Assembly (NCBI RefSeq): GCF_018350175.1
Contig: NC_058368.1
Location: 5,022,001 to 5,086,000, forward strand
Length of the DNA: 64,000 nucleotides
Direction of reading: 5' to 3'
Source of the DNA: Felis catus
Lineage: Eukaryota
Program-made: the position numbers and the translations under genes
The notes under the pieces: model-generated
The model's input: the letters and a program-made list of their open reading frames with translations, nothing else
What the model was told of the DNA's origin: nothing
The model's database searches: none
In this document: positions 60,160 to 64,000 of the stretch, one piece after another
Numbering within the stretch: the first letter of the stretch is position 1
Layout of the letters: each line of letters begins with the position of its first letter

Positions 60160-60388
60160 TTTCAGTGTTTCTCAGCCTCCAGTGATTTTGCCCCTCAGGA
60201 GATATTTGGCCATACCCGGAGATATTTTCGGTTGTCACAACTGGGTGCATGGGTGGAGACGCTACTGACATCTAGTGGGTAGAGGCTAGGTTTGCTGCTG
60301 AACATCCTACAATGCATACCTACAGACACACACCTAACAAAGAATTATCCAGAAACATGTCAATAGCGAAGAGATGGAGAAACCCTGC
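60160..60388. mobile_element. MER20 hAT MITE
   Basis: cagtgtttctca...gattttgcccctcagg...gacatctagtgggtagaggc...gagaaaccctg. Confidence 0.8.
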
Positions 60389-60424
60389 TTTACAGTTTCC
60401 CGATGTTCTATACTAAGCAGGTTT

Positions 60425-60641
60425 TTAAAATTTTTTTTAACGTTTATTTATTTTTGAGAGATACAGAGACAGAGTGCGAGCAGGGGAAGAGCAGAAAGAG
60501 AGGGAGACACAGAATCTGAAGCAGGCTCCAGACTCTGAGCTGTCAGCACAGACCCCGACACGGGGCTCGAACTCACGAGCTGCGAGATCATGACCTGAGC
60601 CGAAGTCGGACGCTTAACTGACTGAGCCACCCAGGCACCCC
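60425..60641 (-). mobile_element. Can-SINE
   Basis: Reverse consensus. Confidence 0.9.
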
Positions 60642-60656
60642 TATACTGAACAGTTT

Positions 60657-61291
60657 TGATGCAATTTGAGTTTCAAGTTTAAGAGTGAATGCTAAGAAAG
60701 AATTCTTGAGATGTTTCTGGTGCAAAAAGGTGATTTTATTATAGCACAGGCACAGGACCTATGGGCAAAAAGAGCTGTACTGGGGTTGTGAGGAGTTACT
60801 GACTATATACTTCTTAATTAGTGGGGGTTAATGATAGCGTAAGTCTCTAAAGAATGTGGAAGCAAGGCTTTCAGGACCTTGAGGGGCTAGCTGCTGTTAG
60901 GATAAGGTTACCTTTAGTCTTTTTTTTTTAATTTTTTTTTTAACATTTATTTATTTTTGAGACAGAGAGAGATAGAGCATGAACAGGGGAGGGTCAGAAA
61001 GAGGGAGACACAGAATCTGAAACAGGCTCCAGGCTCTGAGCGGTCAGCACAGAGCCCGACGCGGGGCTCGAACTCACGGACTGTGAGATCATGACTTGAG
61101 CCGAAGTCAGACGCTTAACCGACCAAGCCACCCAGGCGCCCCTAGTCTTTTAATAAAACGTAAACACTAAGGCACTAAGGCAACCACGAGTTCCTTGAGG
61201 AAGATCGCACTCTGCGTGTTTCACGTATCAGTGGGCTGCAAGCTGTAAGGAAATTTAAGCTACATTTCTCTTGCCCTTGTTTCCCTCGTCA
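60657..61291 (-). mobile_element. ERV1-type solo LTR with a nested SINE
   Basis: TGATG...CGTCA termini, 4-bp TSD GTTT (60653-60656 and 61292-61295), minus-strand AATAAA at 60735-60740. Confidence 0.7.
60920..61142 (-). mobile_element. Can-SINE nested in the solo LTR
   Basis: TSD tagtctttt. Confidence 0.9.
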
Positions 61292-61379
61292 GTTTCACTT
61301 GTTGTAACTAGAAAATGCTGCTTGTAAAACATCATTATAATTTTTACATCATCTTTCTTACCATGTTTGATGTTCTAGG

Positions 61380-61593
61380 TTTTTTCTTCTTTCTCTTTTT
61401 TAATGTTTATTTATATTTGGGGGGGTGGGGTGGTGTGGGAAGGTGCAGAGGGAGAGAGAGACAGAATCTGAAGCAGGCTCCAGGCTCTGAGCTATCAGCA
61501 CAGAGCCCTATGCGGGGCCCAAACTCATGAGCCCTGAGATCATGACCTGAGCTGAAGTTGGATGCTTAACTGACTGAGCTACCCAGGTGCCCC
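61380..61593 (-). mobile_element. Can-SINE
   Basis: Reverse consensus. Confidence 0.85.
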
Positions 61594-61881
61594 TACATTT
61601 GCTTTTCTGGTTAAGAATTTGCCAGCATTTCATTCACTTATTTAATTCAACTTGTCTTGGTGTTGCTTTGTCTTATTTTGGTTTGTTTTTTTTTTTTTTT
61701 TTTGAGTGCCTGCTGTGTTTCAGACAGATTACCAAAGCAAGTGAGATGTTCGTTAAGCACAGCAGTCTTTGTGGTGAAATTACTTACTCCTGTAAGGTAA
61801 GTATGAAATAAGATGGAGCAACCTAGAAACCAGTCTTGGTACAGTAGCACGTACAAAAGAAACACAAATCCCGCTTCCAAC

Positions 61882-61897
61882 AAGAAAGAAAGAAATT

Positions 61898-61941
<44 letters not shown>

Positions 61942-61989
61942 GAAAGGAAGAAAGGAAGGAAGGAAGGAAGGAAGGAAGGAAGGAAGGAA

Positions 61990-62031
<42 letters not shown>

Positions 62032-62041
62032 AAAAGAAGGA

Positions 62042-62093
<52 letters not shown>

Positions 62094-62103
62094 AAAAGAA
62101 GGA

Positions 62104-62151
<48 letters not shown>

Positions 62152-62154
62152 AGA
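61882..62154. repeat. Compound (GAAA)n/(GGAA)n polypurine tract
   Basis: Purine-only from 61898 to 62154. Confidence 0.97.
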
Positions 62155-63033
62155 CACATTGAAAATTAATGTAGGTCCTTACTGAAGACCTTTTGAGAGA
62201 TAAGAATAGGGCAAATTATATTGAGTGACACACATCATGACTTCCTTAATAAAACCTCTTTTTATTATTTTTCCCATGTTTTTGTCATTTTCCCCACTTC
62301 CTGTTCCCAGACAGGTTACCCTCACATATCAGGTTATCTATCCTCCACCTTCTTTTCTCTTGTCATTTCTCACTTTTTCTCTCTTACTGATTCTAAAAGA
62401 GAGGGAATAACAATGATAACACTTACTACCTGATAATCAGGAGGCAGAAAGTGTACCGGATGCTTTACCTGTATTCTGAGGAAAATACTTTCCTCAGTTT
62501 AAAGATGAGGAAAGTAAAATACAATGAAGTAACTTGCCCAATATCATGCAACAGAGAAAGCCTAGATCCATGATGTGAAGCCAGACAGTCTGACTCTAGA
62601 GTCTGTATTATTAATAATTATTCTATATTGGTTTTCCACAATCCATATAGATGTTCCATTTATGATAATATGATAGGCTAGGAAATGACCCTGCCTTAAA
62701 AAAAAAAAGACTTAAAATAACAGGCAAAGTAGAAATCAAGTTCTGTAAAGAACCAGGTAACAGACAAGACAGTGAGGCCTTACCGTGCAAACTATAAGGG
62801 AAAGTATATACCCAGAGAGGTAAGCAGGAAACTGGAAATGTGGCAAAAGGGCCGTTTCCAAACCAGGTGCCCTCAAAGGATGCAAAATTCAGAAGTCAAA
62901 ATCTCAGGCCCACCCAGGTGGGGAGTTTAATGAGGCGCTCTCTCCCTACGTAAAGCCAGGGCCGTATGCTCATTTTGTTTAAAGAAATGACATTTAAAAT
63001 ATCTGCAGTATAGGGGGAAATAATTTAAAAAAA

Positions 63034-63251
63034 ATTTTTTTTGTTTACTTAGTTTTGAGAGAGAGACAGAGACAGAGACAGAGCAAGAGCAGGGGAAGGG
63101 TAGAGAGAGAGGGAGACACTGAATCCGAAGCAGGCTCCAGGCTCTGAGCTGTCAGCACAGAGCCCAACGCGAGGCTTGAGCCCAGGAACTGTGAAATCAT
63201 GACCTGGGCCGAAGTCGGTTGCTTAACTGTCTGAGCCACCCAAGCGCCCCG
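63034..63251 (-). mobile_element. Can-SINE
   Basis: Reverse consensus. Confidence 0.88.
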
Positions 63252-63289
63252 GGGGAAAATAATTTCTGAATGATATAGCAAATATGAAG

Positions 63290-63912
63290 AACCAAATATA
63301 ACTTCTATAAATTAAATACAAAAATTGGAATGGAAAGCTCATCGGATGGGTTTAACAGATTAAACAAATTAGAAGAAATAATTAGAAAACCAGAAGTTAC
63401 TAAAAAAATTACCCACAAAGGAAAGGAGTACAGAGAGACAAAAAGATTATAAATATGACAAAAGATTCAGGAAAAATGAAGGAAAGAGTGCAAAGATCTA
63501 ACATAAACCTAATCACAGTTTCACAAGAATAAGAGAGAGAAGAAGAGAGACTGGGCAAAAATAACATTTGATGAGATAATGCCTGATTTTTTTTTTTTTT
63601 TTTTTAGAATGCATGGAAGACACCGATCCACAGAATAAAGAAGCCTACAAATTCCAAGTTTGATAAAAAGACATCCATGTCTAGATACATGATAGCGAAC
63701 TACAGATTCCCTATGGTGACTTGGTTATGGCAACACCAAAGACAAAAATGGAGATCTTAAAAGCATCCAGAGAAAAAGTACAAATTACCTCCAGTAGATC
63801 CGTAATTACATTTACAGTTGACTTCTTATCAGCAATAGATAGAAGGCATGTAACATTGCAATGGTATCTGCCATATACTGGAAGAAACAACCAATAATCT
63901 AAAATACTTTTT
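63290..63912 (+). mobile_element. Old L1 ORF1 remnant
   Basis: atttgatgagataatgcctga...gatcttaaaagcatccagagaaaaa...gacttcttatcagcaa motifs. Confidence 0.6.
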
Positions 63913-63916
63913 GCAG

Positions 63917-64000
63917 GGGTGCCTGGCTGGCTCAATTGGTAATGTGACTCGTGATCTCAGGGTTGTAAGTTTGAGCCCCATGTTCAGTGTAGAGATTACT
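63917..64000 (+). mobile_element. Short Can-SINE running off the window end
   Basis: ggggtgcctggctggctca head. Confidence 0.8.

Noticed and set aside
61780..62159. Phe/Leu/Ser-rich ORFs
   Set aside because: Translation of the (TTTC)n microsatellite
4750..63281. Recurring ORFs such as [16 protein letters not shown]... and ...[11 protein letters not shown]
   Set aside because: Translations of Can-SINE bodies, not a gene family or a repeat-spacer array
2929..64000. tRNA-like A/B boxes
   Set aside because: All belong to tRNA-derived SINE heads; no complete cloverleaf tRNA gene was seen
58300..64000. Divergent neighbouring gene (NUP58 is adjacent in human)
   Set aside because: No exon or second CpG island recognisable inside the window; the region is almost all repeats

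Overview
Felid (cat-family) genomic DNA, judged from about 37 SINEC_Fc-type Can-SINEs and carnivore L1s. The window holds one complete protein-coding gene, MTMR6 (myotubularin-related phosphoinositide 3-phosphatase), on the minus strand. I assembled 14 GT-AG coding exons by hand from ATG 57879 to TAG 22598, totalling 1866 nt (621 aa), with an intact HCSDGWDRT catalytic loop. An in-frame 114-nt cassette exon (34788-34901) that the ORF track misses would give a 659-aa isoform. The gene has a CpG-island promoter with a uORF, a triple GC-box repeat and NRF1/CTCF motifs, and two candidate poly(A) signals. The flanks are nested transposon debris: an L1 5'UTR, Tigger1, MLT2/ERV-L (apparently split by an inversion), old L1s, an ERV1-type solo LTR and microsatellites. 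I found no tRNA or rRNA gene, CRISPR array or wholly new gene system. The best leads are splicing-level (cassette exon, candidate poison exon, inverted SINE pairs around exons, an L1 inserted at a donor site) and rearrangement scars. Repeat boundaries and subfamily names come from memory of consensus sequences and are approximate.
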